A stretch of DNA of 32,000 nt from the NCBI RefSeq assembly GCF_000195755.1, contig NC_002937.3:2430001-2462000 (forward strand). Direction: 5' to 3'. Source of the DNA: Nitratidesulfovibrio vulgaris str. Hildenborough. GTDB lineage: Bacteria; Desulfobacterota; Desulfovibrionia; Desulfovibrionales; Desulfovibrionaceae. A program made the position numbers and the translations under genes. Every line of letters starts with the position of its first letter. Position 1 is the stretch's first letter. The notes under the pieces are model-generated. The model made no database searches and was not told where the DNA came from. It was given only the letters and a program-made list of their open reading frames with translations. This document shows positions 1 through 9,341 of the stretch, in pieces.

Positions 1-78
1 AACGGCATCATCGACGTCCTCGACATCAGCGGTATAGGTGTTCCGCTCCTCAACGGCGCACCCGTCGCCTTGTGGTGA
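1..78 (+). CDS. 3' end of an unidentified CDS entering from the left edge (...NGIIDVLDISGIGVPLLNGAPVALW*)
   Basis: Frame +1 is open from base 1 to TGA at 76-78. 21 of 25 codons end in G/C, like the recognisable genes here. A G/C hairpin follows at 92-110. Too short to assign a family. Confidence 0.3.
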   Translation, partial: NGIIDVLDISGIGVPLLNGAPVALW

Positions 79-91
79 CATGATTCGCTAT

Positions 92-110
92 CCCCCCACC
101 CGCAGGGGGG
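92..110 (+). terminator. GC hairpin (CCCCCC-7 nt-GGGGGG) after the edge CDS; possible terminator without U-tract
   Basis: Read directly: CCCCCC 92-97 pairs with GGGGGG 105-110. It is followed by AGAATCC, not a T-run. Confidence 0.2.
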
Positions 111-360
111 AGAATCCGGCGACGGCACACCGCCGGAGGGCATGAAACATCTGATCAAAACCGTAGTGCCAGTGGCTTGCCTCTACACCTCACGCCGGAC
201 ACCCGCCGTTCACGCGCAGGTCATGTCGCACAGGCCGCCACATCCGGCGTCGGCGTCCGGCGTCGCCCACAACGCCCGACAGCTGCATCGCCATCTGCAT
301 CGGCCTCTGGCATGAGCACCCGGCACAGCATCCGGGAATGGCCCGTCTCTCCGGCACCTG

Positions 361-1911
361 TCATCGGCGCGCAGTCGTCTCCGCATCAAGCAGCTGACGC
401 ATGGTCACGATACGCACCGACTTGTCGCGCGTACGCTGCCACTCCTTGAGTGCCGCCACTGTCTCGGCGAGAGGATGCCCGATGGCGACAGCCACGCCCT
501 GTTCATGGGCTACGCGCGCCGCCTTGTCGAGCTGGAACATGATGTTGCGCTTGTCGTGGATGACATCAAGGAACACGTTGCGCTTTCCGGCGGGCAACCC
601 TGCCTTGCGCGCCTCACGATAGAAGACCGACCCGGAATGCGTCACGCTGTCGAGCACGAAGAGCCCCTTGCCCTCCAGCGCGTCACATACGGCGCGTACG
701 CCACGGGTGTCCTGCGTGAAACGCGACCCCATATGGTTGTTGAGGCCCACGGCGTGGGGTACCCGGGCGAGGTTGTCCCGCAGCGTCGCCTCTATCTCGT
801 CACTGCCCATCCGTACATAGATGGCACCCGGCCCCGGCTTCACCGACGGATACTTGAGCGGTTCCATGGGCTGGTGGATCATCACCTCACGTCCGGCGCG
901 GTGTGCCGCCTCCGCAGCCTCACGCGCATGCGAGCTTCTGGGCCACACCGCGAAGGTGACGGGGTAGTCGAGCTTCAGCAGGTCACGCACCGCCCCCATG
1001 CTCTCGCCTATGTCATCGATGACGATGGCAAGCAACGCGCCTTCCACCGGGGTTCCGGGACGGGGCTCTTCCACCGACTCATACAACGAAAGGGTGATCT
1101 CATGCGTGAGCACCCCGCCCACGTAGACCTCAATGAGGTCATCGGCCTTCTTGCGCATCTGCGCACGCTCGGCCCATACGGAAAGAGCTTCGACGAACGC
1201 CTTGACGAAACGGTCGGGGGCGTCGCCGACACCCAGTGTCATCTGCTGGAAATGGTAGCTTTCGCCCTGTTCGTTGCGTGTCTCGACGCTCGCGATGCGC
1301 AGCCTCTCCCGCGCGATGCCGAGACGCACCAGCGTCTGCACCAGCGCGTAGTCGACCTGCTTCACCCCTTCTTCCAGCGGGGCGTCGAGGGATTCCTCGT
1401 AGGGCAAGGCCCCGGCGTTGACCGGGGCACGCACCGCGCCCTCACCGTCCACGGCGTCGGAAGTGGCGTTTCGGGGCACGGACGGCGCGGCCTTGTCCGC
1501 GTCCCCACCCGGTGTCGAGGCATCAGACTGCGCGTCGGCGTGTACGCCCTTACCGGTCGTCCTTGAGGCTTCACCCGACTGCACCTTCCCGGCTGTGGCG
1601 GAAGGCTGCGCTGGCGTCGGCCTCGCGGGAGAGGTTGCCGCGGGGGTCTTCTGACGTTCGGTCTTCGAGGGGGGTACGGGCCGTGTGGCATCAGCCCCGC
1701 CCTGCCACAGCCAGTACCCGGCCATGACCGTGAAGACGAGGCACAGCACCCCCATGATGACGATGACAAGTCGCGTCAGGGTCTTCTCTGTAGCTGCGGG
1801 GGTCTTGCTTCCCTTGCGGGTGCCAGACTTGGTGCCACTGCCGCGTGAACGGCCTGACGTGCCGTCTCCCTTGGCTGTGCTGCTTTTCTTCTGCGGGCGT
1901 TTGGCGGCCAT
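361..1911 (-). CDS. Divergent polysaccharide deacetylase family protein (YibQ-like) with basic N-terminus, one TM helix and a long Pro/Ala/Thr/Ser-rich linker
   Basis: 516-aa ORF. The C-terminal ~230 aa carry the YibQ-type pattern (LAIVIDDIG..., VMIHQPMEP, GLNNHMGSRFT, FVLDSVT, RNVFLD, AIGHP). The N-terminus is KKSS/GSG-rich, followed by the hydrophobic helix LVIVIMGVLCLVFTVMAGYWLW. The antisense ORF 475..1566 has no recognisable motifs. Confidence 0.85.
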   Translation of the reverse strand: MAAKRPQKKSSTAKGDGTSGRSRGSGTKSGTRKGSKTPAATEKTLTRLVIVIMGVLCLVFTVMAGYWLWQGGADATRPVPPSKTERQKTPAATSPARPTPAQPSATAGKVQSGEASRTTGKGVHADAQSDASTPGGDADKAAPSVPRNATSDAVDGEGAVRAPVNAGALPYEESLDAPLEEGVKQVDYALVQTLVRLGIARERLRIASVETRNEQGESYHFQQMTLGVGDAPDRFVKAFVEALSVWAERAQMRKKADDLIEVYVGGVLTHEITLSLYESVEEPRPGTPVEGALLAIVIDDIGESMGAVRDLLKLDYPVTFAVWPRSSHAREAAEAAHRAGREVMIHQPMEPLKYPSVKPGPGAIYVRMGSDEIEATLRDNLARVPHAVGLNNHMGSRFTQDTRGVRAVCDALEGKGLFVLDSVTHSGSVFYREARKAGLPAGKRNVFLDVIHDKRNIMFQLDKAARVAHEQGVAVAIGHPLAETVAALKEWQRTRDKSVRIVTMRQLLDAETTARR

Positions 1912-1991
1912 GGTATCCCATACGGAAGGAGGGCGCGGTCACCCGCGCCCCTCCGTATCTGCGTCTCGCACACCGTCTTCCGGTATGCCTT

Positions 1992-3278
1992 CTAGCGTAT
2001 TTCCTTCAAGGCGGGCAGCCGCTTCACGAACTGCAATGCCATGCGCAACTGGTTGTCGCGTTCAAGCAGGTCACGCACCTCGTCAGACTGGTCGTTCTTG
2101 CCCTGCTTGCCCCCGGCACCGTTCTCCAGATGACGCGAAAGATCCTTCTCCCGCAACATGTTGAAACGCTGCATGGGTTTGGCGTCGTCCTCACGCGGGG
2201 CTTCGAAGGGAATCTCAATGTCAGGGTCGATGCCCTCGGCCTGAATGGAACGGCCATTGGGCGTGTAGTACAGTGCAACCGTGAGCTTGAGTCCCGCGCC
2301 GTCGGAAAGCGGGATGACGTTCTGCACCGACCCCTTGCCGAAGCTGCGTTCACCCACCAGAAGCGCGCGCTTCTGGTCGCGCAGGGCCCCGGCGACGATC
2401 TCCGAAGCGGAGGCAGACCCGGCGTTGATGAGCACCACCATGGGCGCGGTCACGTCGGTGGACTGCGCCTTGGCGTTGTACTCACGCCCCGTGTCGTCGC
2501 CGCGCCCGCGGATGGAGACGATGCCCCCGTCACGCAGGAACACGTCGGACACGCTCACGGCCTGGTCAAGCAGACCGCCGGGGTTGTTGCGCAGGTCGAG
2601 CACCACGCCCTTGACGGGCCCGCGCTTGTTCGCCTCGCGCAGTGCTTCCAGCAGGTCGCTGGTCGTACGTTCGCTGAAGCGGGTGAGGCGCACCCACACG
2701 TACCCCTGCTCAAGCTGCTTCGACTTGACGCTGACGAGGGGGATGGCGTCGCGCACGATTTTCACCGTGCTGGGGGCCTTGGCTTCGCGATGCAGGATGA
2801 GCAGTTCCACTTCGCTGCCCTTGGGCCCGCGAATGCGCGATACGGCCTCCTGCGTGCTCATCTCCTGCGTGGGCTGCCCGTCGACGGCGAGAATGAGGTC
2901 GCCCGCCTTGAGTCCCGCCTTGAACGCAGGAGTGTCCTCGATGGGCGACACAACGGTGAGTTGCCCGTTCTCGCTGGATATCTCGATGCCGATGCCGAAG
3001 AACTCACCAGAGGTGGTCTCCTGCATCTCCTTGAATTCTTCCGGGGAGAGGAAGGTGGAGTGGGGGTCAAGCCCCTGCAACATGCCCTTCACCGCTCCGT
3101 TCATGAGGTCCTTGCGGGGCACGTCGCGCACGTAGTAGCGCTCGACGATGTCGAGCACCTGACTGAAGCGCTTCAGCGCGTCATACTTGGACTCTTCGGT
3201 GGTCGCGAAGACTGCTCCACCTGAAAAGGCGACCGCGGCACACAGGCCCAGCGATACCACCCATAACGTAACGCGCAT
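1992..3278 (-). CDS. ctpA: Carboxy-terminal processing protease (S41 peptidase with PDZ domain)
   Basis: 428 aa. Signal peptide MRVTLWVVSLGLCAAVAFSGG. PDZ region (GIGIEI...GQLTVVSPIEDTPAFKAGLKAGDLILAVDG). S41 core (LDLRNNPGGLL, VLINAGSASASEIVAGAL, SFGKGSVQ). GGAGG lies 9 nt upstream of the ATG. Confidence 0.9.
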   Translation of the reverse strand: MRVTLWVVSLGLCAAVAFSGGAVFATTEESKYDALKRFSQVLDIVERYYVRDVPRKDLMNGAVKGMLQGLDPHSTFLSPEEFKEMQETTSGEFFGIGIEISSENGQLTVVSPIEDTPAFKAGLKAGDLILAVDGQPTQEMSTQEAVSRIRGPKGSEVELLILHREAKAPSTVKIVRDAIPLVSVKSKQLEQGYVWVRLTRFSERTTSDLLEALREANKRGPVKGVVLDLRNNPGGLLDQAVSVSDVFLRDGGIVSIRGRGDDTGREYNAKAQSTDVTAPMVVLINAGSASASEIVAGALRDQKRALLVGERSFGKGSVQNVIPLSDGAGLKLTVALYYTPNGRSIQAEGIDPDIEIPFEAPREDDAKPMQRFNMLREKDLSRHLENGAGGKQGKNDQSDEVRDLLERDNQLRMALQFVKRLPALKEIR

Positions 3279-3310
3279 ACCGATGATCCTCCGAAAGCCA
3301 GATAACGTCG

Positions 3311-4462
3311 CTAGTTGGCCCTAGTTAACCACCCATCAGGGTTAATGGCTTTTTGATGAAAACGCAATTCGAAATAGACTCCGGGCCCGTCGGCACCGGG
3401 GTAGAAGCCCGCGGCGCCCACAGCCGCACCCGCCCCCACCTCCTGTCCCACCCGCAGGGGGCTGTCGGCAAGGAACGCGTAGAGCGTGTAATAGGCCTTG
3501 TCGTGCATGAGAATGACCACACGACCGAAGCCGCGCAACACGTCGTTATGCACCACCTTGCCCCACGCCACCGCACGCACGGGCGTGCCCTCGCGCAGGG
3601 CGATGCCCACGCCGCGCACCGGCGGGTTGGCCTCCGGCGCCCAGCGGCGGACCACCCGCCCTTCCGCAGGCCACGGCAGTCTGCCCTTCATCTTGGAGAT
3701 GTCGCGCCCCGCCATCTGCTCAAGGCGTACGTTGAACTCCTGTATGAGGGCCAGCACGTCGCGCAGTTCACCTTCGGCATCCTGCTTCTCGCGCCGCACG
3801 TCGGACAACTGCTGCCTGAACCGCAACTTGTCCTGCAAGAGGCTGTCCCTGTCCGCGCTGATGCGGGCCACCTGCGTCCGCACTTCGGCCATGAGGGTCT
3901 CGCGCTTCTCAAGCGAGGCGGAGATGGCCTCCTGCTGGTGACGCAACTCGGCACGATGCGTCTCTATGCTGCGGTATATCTCCTGCGTCCACGTATATTC
4001 GCGTTCTGCGGTCTGCCAGTCCTCGATGTCGCGCCCGCCGGTACCCTCCTGCCGCACGTGCAGGGGCCAGAGCATGGACATGAGCCGTGCGAGTTCGGCC
4101 TCTGACGCATCACGATCCTTCTGGAGGCGTTCCAGTGCCTGACGCACATCACCCACAGCCGACTCCAGCAGCGCGAGTTCAGCCTCCTGCTTCGCCACCT
4201 TGCTCTCCAGCAGGGCGATACGGTCTTCAGCGGCGGCAAGATTGGCGTTGAGCGAACGCTCTTGCGCAGAGAGTCTGGCGAGGCTGTCGCGACGGGCCTT
4301 CTCACGGGCACGCTCTTCACTGATGGCCTCGCGTAATTCCTTCTCACTGGACGGGGCGGCATGGGCAGGTGTGACGACAAGGCAGCACAGTGCCACAAGA
4401 AGCAACGCCAGCCATACCGGGGCCGAGGGGGCCGCATGGCCTACGGTCAGACCGTGCCCCAT
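3311..4462 (-). CDS. EnvC-like murein hydrolase activator: signal/TM, long coiled coil, degenerate LytM (M23) domain
   Basis: The C-terminal LytM fold is recognisable (GVGIALREGTPVRAVAWGKVV...FGRVVILMHDKAYYTLYAFL...GPGVYFELRF). The N-terminal ~250 aa are heptad-like and E/R/L/A-rich. I moved the start to the internal ATG at 4462 (MGHGLTV...LALLLVALCCLVV). The track start at 4564 would overlap the upstream gene, which ends at 4492. Confidence 0.8.
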   Translation of the reverse strand: MGHGLTVGHAAPSAPVWLALLLVALCCLVVTPAHAAPSSEKELREAISEERAREKARRDSLARLSAQERSLNANLAAAEDRIALLESKVAKQEAELALLESAVGDVRQALERLQKDRDASEAELARLMSMLWPLHVRQEGTGGRDIEDWQTAEREYTWTQEIYRSIETHRAELRHQQEAISASLEKRETLMAEVRTQVARISADRDSLLQDKLRFRQQLSDVRREKQDAEGELRDVLALIQEFNVRLEQMAGRDISKMKGRLPWPAEGRVVRRWAPEANPPVRGVGIALREGTPVRAVAWGKVVHNDVLRGFGRVVILMHDKAYYTLYAFLADSPLRVGQEVGAGAAVGAAGFYPGADGPGVYFELRFHQKAINPDGWLTRAN

Positions 4463-4491
4463 CAGGCCGCGCGTCCCTAGCACTCGCACCC

Positions 4492-5172
4492 CTAGCACGC
4501 GCACCCTTCCATGAAGGGACCGAGAGGGCACGCCGCGCAGTCGGGACGGGACTTGTGGCACCACCCTTTGGCCACCCGGACGATGAGGGCGTGGAATTCG
4601 TTGTAGAGCACCGGGTCGGGGTCGAGAACATCCATGAAGAAGTCACGCATCTCGTCGTAGTGGACATCCTCGGGCAGAAGGCCGTGCCGCGAGAGGATGC
4701 GACGCGTGTACGCATCGACCACGAAGGAGGGATGCCCGAAGGCATAGAGCAGGATGGAGTCGGCAGTCTCCGGGCCGATGCCCTTCACGGACAGCAGGCG
4801 CTCACGCAGGGCGTCACCGTCCTCCCCGGCAGACGCCGAAAGCGCGTCGAGGTCGCCCGCGCAGGCCTCGTCGAAGAAGAGCATGAGGTCACGCAGACGG
4901 GTCGTCTTCATGCGGAAATAGCCCGAAGGCCTGATGCAGGCCTCGACCAACTGGGGCGAAGCGGCGAGAAGCGCGCCCACATCCGAGAGAAGACCGGCAT
5001 CACGCAGGTTGGCGATGGCCTTCTCCACATTGCCCCACGCCGTATTCTGGGTGAGCACGGCCCCTATGGCCACCTCAAGGGGAGTCTCGCCGGGCCACCA
5101 GCCGCTTGGGCCGAGGCGGGCAGACATCGCCGCGTACATGTCAAGGAGAAGTCGTTGCCTGTCGCTTCGCAT
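4492..5172 (-). CDS. Endonuclease III-like HhH-GPD base-excision repair domain protein with C-terminal Cys cluster
   Basis: 226 aa with WWPGETPLEVAIGAVLTQNTAW, the helix-hairpin-helix LLSVKGIGPETADSILLYAF, and the C-terminal CHKSRPDCAACPLGPFMEGCAC (Fe-S-type Cys spacing). Confidence 0.8.
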   Translation of the reverse strand: MRSDRQRLLLDMYAAMSARLGPSGWWPGETPLEVAIGAVLTQNTAWGNVEKAIANLRDAGLLSDVGALLAASPQLVEACIRPSGYFRMKTTRLRDLMLFFDEACAGDLDALSASAGEDGDALRERLLSVKGIGPETADSILLYAFGHPSFVVDAYTRRILSRHGLLPEDVHYDEMRDFFMDVLDPDPVLYNEFHALIVRVAKGWCHKSRPDCAACPLGPFMEGCAC

Positions 5173-5384
5173 GACGGGACTCTAGCCGTTACGACAGCGC
5201 ATCGCAACAGACGGGACTGACAGGACTGACGACAAGAGCATACATGGCAAGGTGCTGGAGATGGGACCGGACAGCCCGACACTTCACGACGGGACTGCCG
5301 GACGGGTGAAGACCGAAAGACCGGCGGCAGGCATACCACGTATGCCGCAGGGCCGCCGCGAGGTGCAGGGGCGGCTACACGACT

Positions 5385-5414
5385 GGCGGGCGTGAAGTTC
5401 CCCCCACGCCCGCC
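5385..5414 (-). terminator. 10-bp GC hairpin just after the prmA stop; possible terminator (no U-tract)
   Basis: GGCGGGCGTG (5385-5394) pairs with CACGCCCGCC (5405-5414), 8 nt downstream of the prmA stop codon. No T-run follows on the minus strand. Confidence 0.25.
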
Positions 5415-5421
5415 ACGAACG

Positions 5422-6273
5422 CTATTCCCAGACCAGCGCGGCCCACTCGCCATCGATGATGCGTCGGGCCGGGCCGAGGCCCTGCGCCCTGTAGGCGGCC
5501 TCGACGCCGTCGGCCTGCACTTCGAGAAGCCCGGAGAGGACGAGGCAGCCCGCGTCACCCTTGAGGGCCGTGATGTCGGCGGCAAGTTCCTTCAGCGGCT
5601 GCGCGAGGATGTTGGCCAGCACCACGTCGAAGGTGCGCCCGCGCACGACTTCGGTGCTGCCCGCCATGACGTCGAACGCCTCTGCCACACCGTTGATGTG
5701 GCGGTTCTCATCGGCGTTCTCCACCGCGAGGGGGTCGATGTCGGTGCCTGTGCCGGAAAGTCCGAGCAATGCGCAGCCGATGCCGAGAATACCCGACCCC
5801 GTGCCGAGGTCGAGAAAGCTCATTCCGGCGCGGATGCGACCTTCCGCCGCCAGTTGCGACACCACGCCAAGGCAAAGGGCCGTGGTAGGATGGTGTCCGG
5901 TACCGAACGCCGTCTTGGGTTCGATGACGATGGGCATGCGCCCTTCGAGAGGGGCACTGTCGCGCAGCCACGGGGGAATGACCAGAAAGTGCGTGCCCAC
6001 GGGGACGGGTGTGAAGAACTCGCGCCACGAGGCAAGCCAGTCGGCGGCCTCGACGTCTTCACGGTCAAGCAGGGCGTCGGGCAGGAAGGCCCGCACGTCG
6101 GCCACGAGGGCTTCTATGAAAGGGGCGTTCTCGCAGTGGACGCGCAGACGCACCTCTCCGGTGGGCAGCGATTCCTCTTCCCACCCGAAGGCGACCTTCT
6201 GCGAAAGAAGGCCCGAGGTGAGCTCTGCGCTTTCCTCGGGCACGATGATGTCAAGTCTGTGTAGTTGCGGCAT
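5422..6273 (-). CDS. prmA: Ribosomal protein L11 methyltransferase
   Basis: 283 aa. PrmA layout: N-terminal domain, then FGTGHHPTT, then the SAM motif LDLGTGSGILGI, then VLANIL. The start lies 3 nt after the upstream permease stop. Confidence 0.9.
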   Translation of the reverse strand: MPQLHRLDIIVPEESAELTSGLLSQKVAFGWEEESLPTGEVRLRVHCENAPFIEALVADVRAFLPDALLDREDVEAADWLASWREFFTPVPVGTHFLVIPPWLRDSAPLEGRMPIVIEPKTAFGTGHHPTTALCLGVVSQLAAEGRIRAGMSFLDLGTGSGILGIGCALLGLSGTGTDIDPLAVENADENRHINGVAEAFDVMAGSTEVVRGRTFDVVLANILAQPLKELAADITALKGDAGCLVLSGLLEVQADGVEAAYRAQGLGPARRIIDGEWAALVWE

Positions 6274-6276
6274 GGC

Positions 6277-6969
6277 TCATGTTCGCGCCTGATACCGCGC
6301 CATCTGCTTTTCAAGCCGTCGACTCGTGGCCGTGAGCACCCAGCAGATGACGAAATACATCAGGGCGATGGTCAGAAAGATTTCAGTCGGCGCCGTGAGC
6401 GTGCGGTTGTTCACCTGCGTCGCGGTGCGGGTCAGTTCCGATACGCCGATGATGTACGCCAGCGAGGTGTCTTTGGTCAAACTGACGAACTGGTTCACGA
6501 ACGAGGGAATCATGTTGCGCAATGCCTGCGGCAGGATGACGAAGAGCATGGCCTGCGTCTTCGAAAGCCCCGTACCGCGTGCGGCCTCCATCTGTCCTGC
6601 GGGCAGGGCCAGCACGCCAGCGCGCACTATCTCCGCGATGTAGGCGCCGGTGAACACGATGAAGGCGATGAGGGCGCTCTCCGCCTCGGGCAGGGTGTGC
6701 CCAAGAGCGATGGGAGCGAGAAAATAGAACCAGAAGATGAGCATGAGCAGCGGAATGCCGCGTATGACCTCGACATACACGATGGCGGGGGCGCGCACCC
6801 ACCATTTTTCCGAAAGGCGCATAAGGCCGAAGGCCAGACCAAGCCAGAAGGCCCCGAAGATACCCCCTATAGCGAGGAGGATGCTCATGGCCATGCCACC
6901 GAGAGGCCCGTCGGGGTACGACCCGACGAGCAGATAGTTCATATTGTTCCAGACGACATCCCACTGCAT
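6277..6969 (-). CDS. Polar amino-acid ABC transporter permease (His/Glu/Gln/Arg/opine family)
   Basis: 230 aa, multi-TM. It has the EAA-type loop of this family (AGQMEAARGTGLSKTQAMLFVILPQALRNMIPSFVNQFVSLTKDTSLAYIIG). Confidence 0.9.
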   Translation of the reverse strand: MQWDVVWNNMNYLLVGSYPDGPLGGMAMSILLAIGGIFGAFWLGLAFGLMRLSEKWWVRAPAIVYVEVIRGIPLLMLIFWFYFLAPIALGHTLPEAESALIAFIVFTGAYIAEIVRAGVLALPAGQMEAARGTGLSKTQAMLFVILPQALRNMIPSFVNQFVSLTKDTSLAYIIGVSELTRTATQVNNRTLTAPTEIFLTIALMYFVICWVLTATSRRLEKQMARYQART

Positions 6970-6979
6970 GGTGCACCCC

Positions 6980-7693
6980 CTAGTATTTGATCGTCCGCAG
7001 GAAGTGCGTGTTGTACAGGTTGATGAGAAGCGAGACCATGAGCGATATGCACAGGTAGATGAGCGTGCTCACGGTGAACGCCTCGAAGCCGTGGAACGTG
7101 TACGACTCTATCTGGCGGGCCATGTAGGTGAGTTCCATGACACCGATGGTCATGCACAGCGAAGAGTTCTTGAACAGGTTGAGCGCCTGCGAGATGAGCG
7201 GCGGCACGATGATGCGAAAGGCCTGCGGCAGCACGACGTAGGACATGGCCTGCATGAACGACAGGCCGCATGCGCGTGAGGCTTCAAGCTGCGTGCGGGG
7301 AATGGAGAAGATACCGGAACGTATCTCTTCGGCGATGAACGCGGCGGTATAGACGGTGAGCGAGATGACCCCCGCCGCGAATTCGAAGTTCTGCTTGTAC
7401 AACCACTGGTTCACGGCGTCGGGCAATACGGCGTCGGAACCGAAGTACCAGAAGAATATCTGCACCAGAAGCGGCGTGTTACGGAAGAACTCCGTAAAGG
7501 CAACGCTGAACCACACGAAAGGCCGTACGCCGGAAAGGCGCATGACGGCGATAAGCGTACCCAGCAGCATGGCGAGCACGAGTGAAAGGCCTGAAAGCTG
7601 GCAGGTGGTGATGACCCCCTGCACTATCCAGTCGAGACGCTCACCCGAGAGAACGAGATTCCAGTCGAACGTGTACTGCAATGCGGTATCCAC
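6980..7693 (-). CDS. Polar amino-acid ABC transporter permease (second subunit)
   Basis: 237 aa, paralogous to the previous permease (RTQLEASRACGLSFMQAMSYVVLPQAFRIIVPPLISQALNLFKNSSLCMTIG). GTG start. Confidence 0.9.
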   Translation of the reverse strand: MDTALQYTFDWNLVLSGERLDWIVQGVITTCQLSGLSLVLAMLLGTLIAVMRLSGVRPFVWFSVAFTEFFRNTPLLVQIFFWYFGSDAVLPDAVNQWLYKQNFEFAAGVISLTVYTAAFIAEEIRSGIFSIPRTQLEASRACGLSFMQAMSYVVLPQAFRIIVPPLISQALNLFKNSSLCMTIGVMELTYMARQIESYTFHGFEAFTVSTLIYLCISLMVSLLINLYNTHFLRTIKY

Positions 7694-7742
7694 TTGAACC
7701 GGGGCGCGGTCGACCCGCGCCCCGGGAAAGGTCGGTCATGCC

Positions 7743-8555
7743 TCAGGGCCAGACTTCCATCTTCCACTTGAGGGGGATGAAGTACTTGGTGTCCTTGCCG
7801 AACCACTTGTCGTACGACTTCTGGTAGGCACCGGTTGTCCACATCTCCGCAAGGCTCTTGTTCACGAAGTCGCGGAACTTCGAATCGTTCTCGACCAGGC
7901 CGAGACCGTAAGGTTCAGAGGCGATGAAGTCGCCCACGATGTCCCACTTGTCAGGCTCGGGGTCGGAATTCTTGAGGCCCACGAGGATGGGTTCGTCGGT
8001 GGTGACGGCTTCGGCCTTGCCCTGCTTGAGGGCGAGGAACGCCTGCGGGTACTCGTCGAACGACACCACCACGCAGTCGGGCTGGGCGGCCTTCATGTTC
8101 TTCTCGGAGGTCGACCCCTTCACGGTGGCGACCTTCTTGCCCTTGAGGTCGGCCGCGGACTTGATGCCACCGCCCTTCTTCACCAGCAGGCGCTGACCTG
8201 CGTCGAAGTAGGTGATGGAGAAGTCGATCACGTCGTCACGCTCGAACTTGTGGGTCATGGTGGCAGCCACGAGGTCCACCGAACCCTGCGTGAGCATGGG
8301 GATGCGGGTGGCGCTGGTCACGGTCTTGACCTCCAGCTTCACCCCTGCCCTGTCGGCGATGAACTGGCAGATGTCGACGTCGAAGCCCACAAGCTGCTTG
8401 GACGTCTCATCGATGAAACCGAAGGGCACGACGGAGTCTTTCACGCCGCACACGAGCGTGCCGCGCTGCTTGATCTCGTCGAGCTTGCCGGCATGGGCCA
8501 CCGCTGCGGTGAGAACCAGACCGAGGGTCAGGGCCAAAAGCAACAGACGCTTCAT
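7743..8555 (-). CDS. Polar amino-acid ABC transporter periplasmic substrate-binding protein (family 3 SBP)
   Basis: 270 aa. Signal peptide MKRLLLLALTLGLVLTAAVAHA. Motifs GTLVCGVKDSVVPFGF, GFDVDICQ, DLVAATMT. GGGAG SD upstream. Confidence 0.9.
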   Translation of the reverse strand: MKRLLLLALTLGLVLTAAVAHAGKLDEIKQRGTLVCGVKDSVVPFGFIDETSKQLVGFDVDICQFIADRAGVKLEVKTVTSATRIPMLTQGSVDLVAATMTHKFERDDVIDFSITYFDAGQRLLVKKGGGIKSAADLKGKKVATVKGSTSEKNMKAAQPDCVVVSFDEYPQAFLALKQGKAEAVTTDEPILVGLKNSDPEPDKWDIVGDFIASEPYGLGLVENDSKFRDFVNKSLAEMWTTGAYQKSYDKWFGKDTKYFIPLKWKMEVWP

Positions 8556-8612
8556 GATGCTCCCTCTCTGCTACGGGTTGCGGGAGAAGCTCTCCCTGTG
8601 AATCCGCTCCGT

Positions 8613-9341
8613 CTACAGTATCTCGCGCAGGAACGCCTTGGTGCGCTCATGCTGCGGGTTCGAGAAGAAGATGTCCGGCGGGGCCTCTTCGACGACGTTG
8701 CCGCCGTCCATGAAGATGACCCTGTCGGCGACCTCGCGGGCGAAGCCCATCTCGTGCGTGACGCAGAGCATGGTCATGCCTTCGCGTGCGAGGTCTTTCA
8801 TGCAGTTGAGCACTTCGTTGATCATTTCCGGGTCGAGCGCGGAGGTGGGTTCGTCGAAGAGCATCACCTTGGGCTGCATGGCAAGCGCACGCGCGATGGC
8901 GACACGCTGCTGCTGCCCGCCCGAGAGTTCGACCGGATACTTGCCCGCCTGGTCGTGGATGCCAACCCGTTCGAGAAGTTCCATGGCGACGGCCTCGGCC
9001 TTGGCGCGAGGCATCTTGCGCACCTTGATGGGCGCGAGGGTGACGTTCTTGAGAACGGAAAGATGCGGGTAGAGATTGAACTGCTGAAAGACGATGCCCA
9101 CCTCGGTGCGCAGGTCGTTCACATCCACGTCCTTGTCATGGATGCTCTTGCCCTCGAGCAGTATCTGCCCCTTCTGGATGGGTTCGAGCCTGTTGAGACA
9201 GCGGATGAACGAACTCTTGCCGGAACCTGACGGGCCGCAGATGACGAGCACCTCGCCCTTCTCGACCTTCTGGGTGATGCCTCGCAGTACGTGGAATTCA
9301 CCATACCACTTGTGGACATCGTGGAACTCGATCATGGCCAT
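8613..9341 (-). CDS. Polar amino-acid ABC transporter ATP-binding protein
   Basis: Walker [10 protein letters not shown], signature [15 protein letters not shown], Walker [14 protein letters not shown] use the start at 9341 ([14 protein letters not shown]), the usual N-terminus for this family. The 49 codons upstream in the track ORF look non-coding. Confidence 0.9.
   Translation of the reverse strand: MAMIEFHDVHKWYGEFHVLRGITQKVEKGEVLVICGPSGSGKSSFIRCLNRLEPIQKGQILLEGKSIHDKDVDVNDLRTEVGIVFQQFNLYPHLSVLKNVTLAPIKVRKMPRAKAEAVAMELLERVGIHDQAGKYPVELSGGQQQRVAIARALAMQPKVMLFDEPTSALDPEMINEVLNCMKDLAREGMTMLCVTHEMGFAREVADRVIFMDGGNVVEEAPPDIFFSNPQHERTKAFLREIL

Noticed and set aside
1-81. Minus-strand ATG at 81..79, open to the left edge (MSPQGDGCAVEERNTYTADVEDVDDAV...).
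   Set aside because: It is the exact antisense of the plus-strand frame that ends at 76-78. The plus frame has much higher GC3 (21/25 versus ~17/27 codons), so I annotated the plus-strand 3' end instead. Both calls are weak.
142-315. 57-codon plus-strand ORF (MKHLIKTVVPVACLYTSRR...HRHLHRPLA) directly behind a GGAGGG motif.
   Set aside because: The SD-like motif is only ~2 nt from the ATG. The peptide is His/Arg/Pro-rich with no hydrophobic core or known motif. GC3 (~70%) is lower than in real genes here. There is no way to support it from sequence alone.
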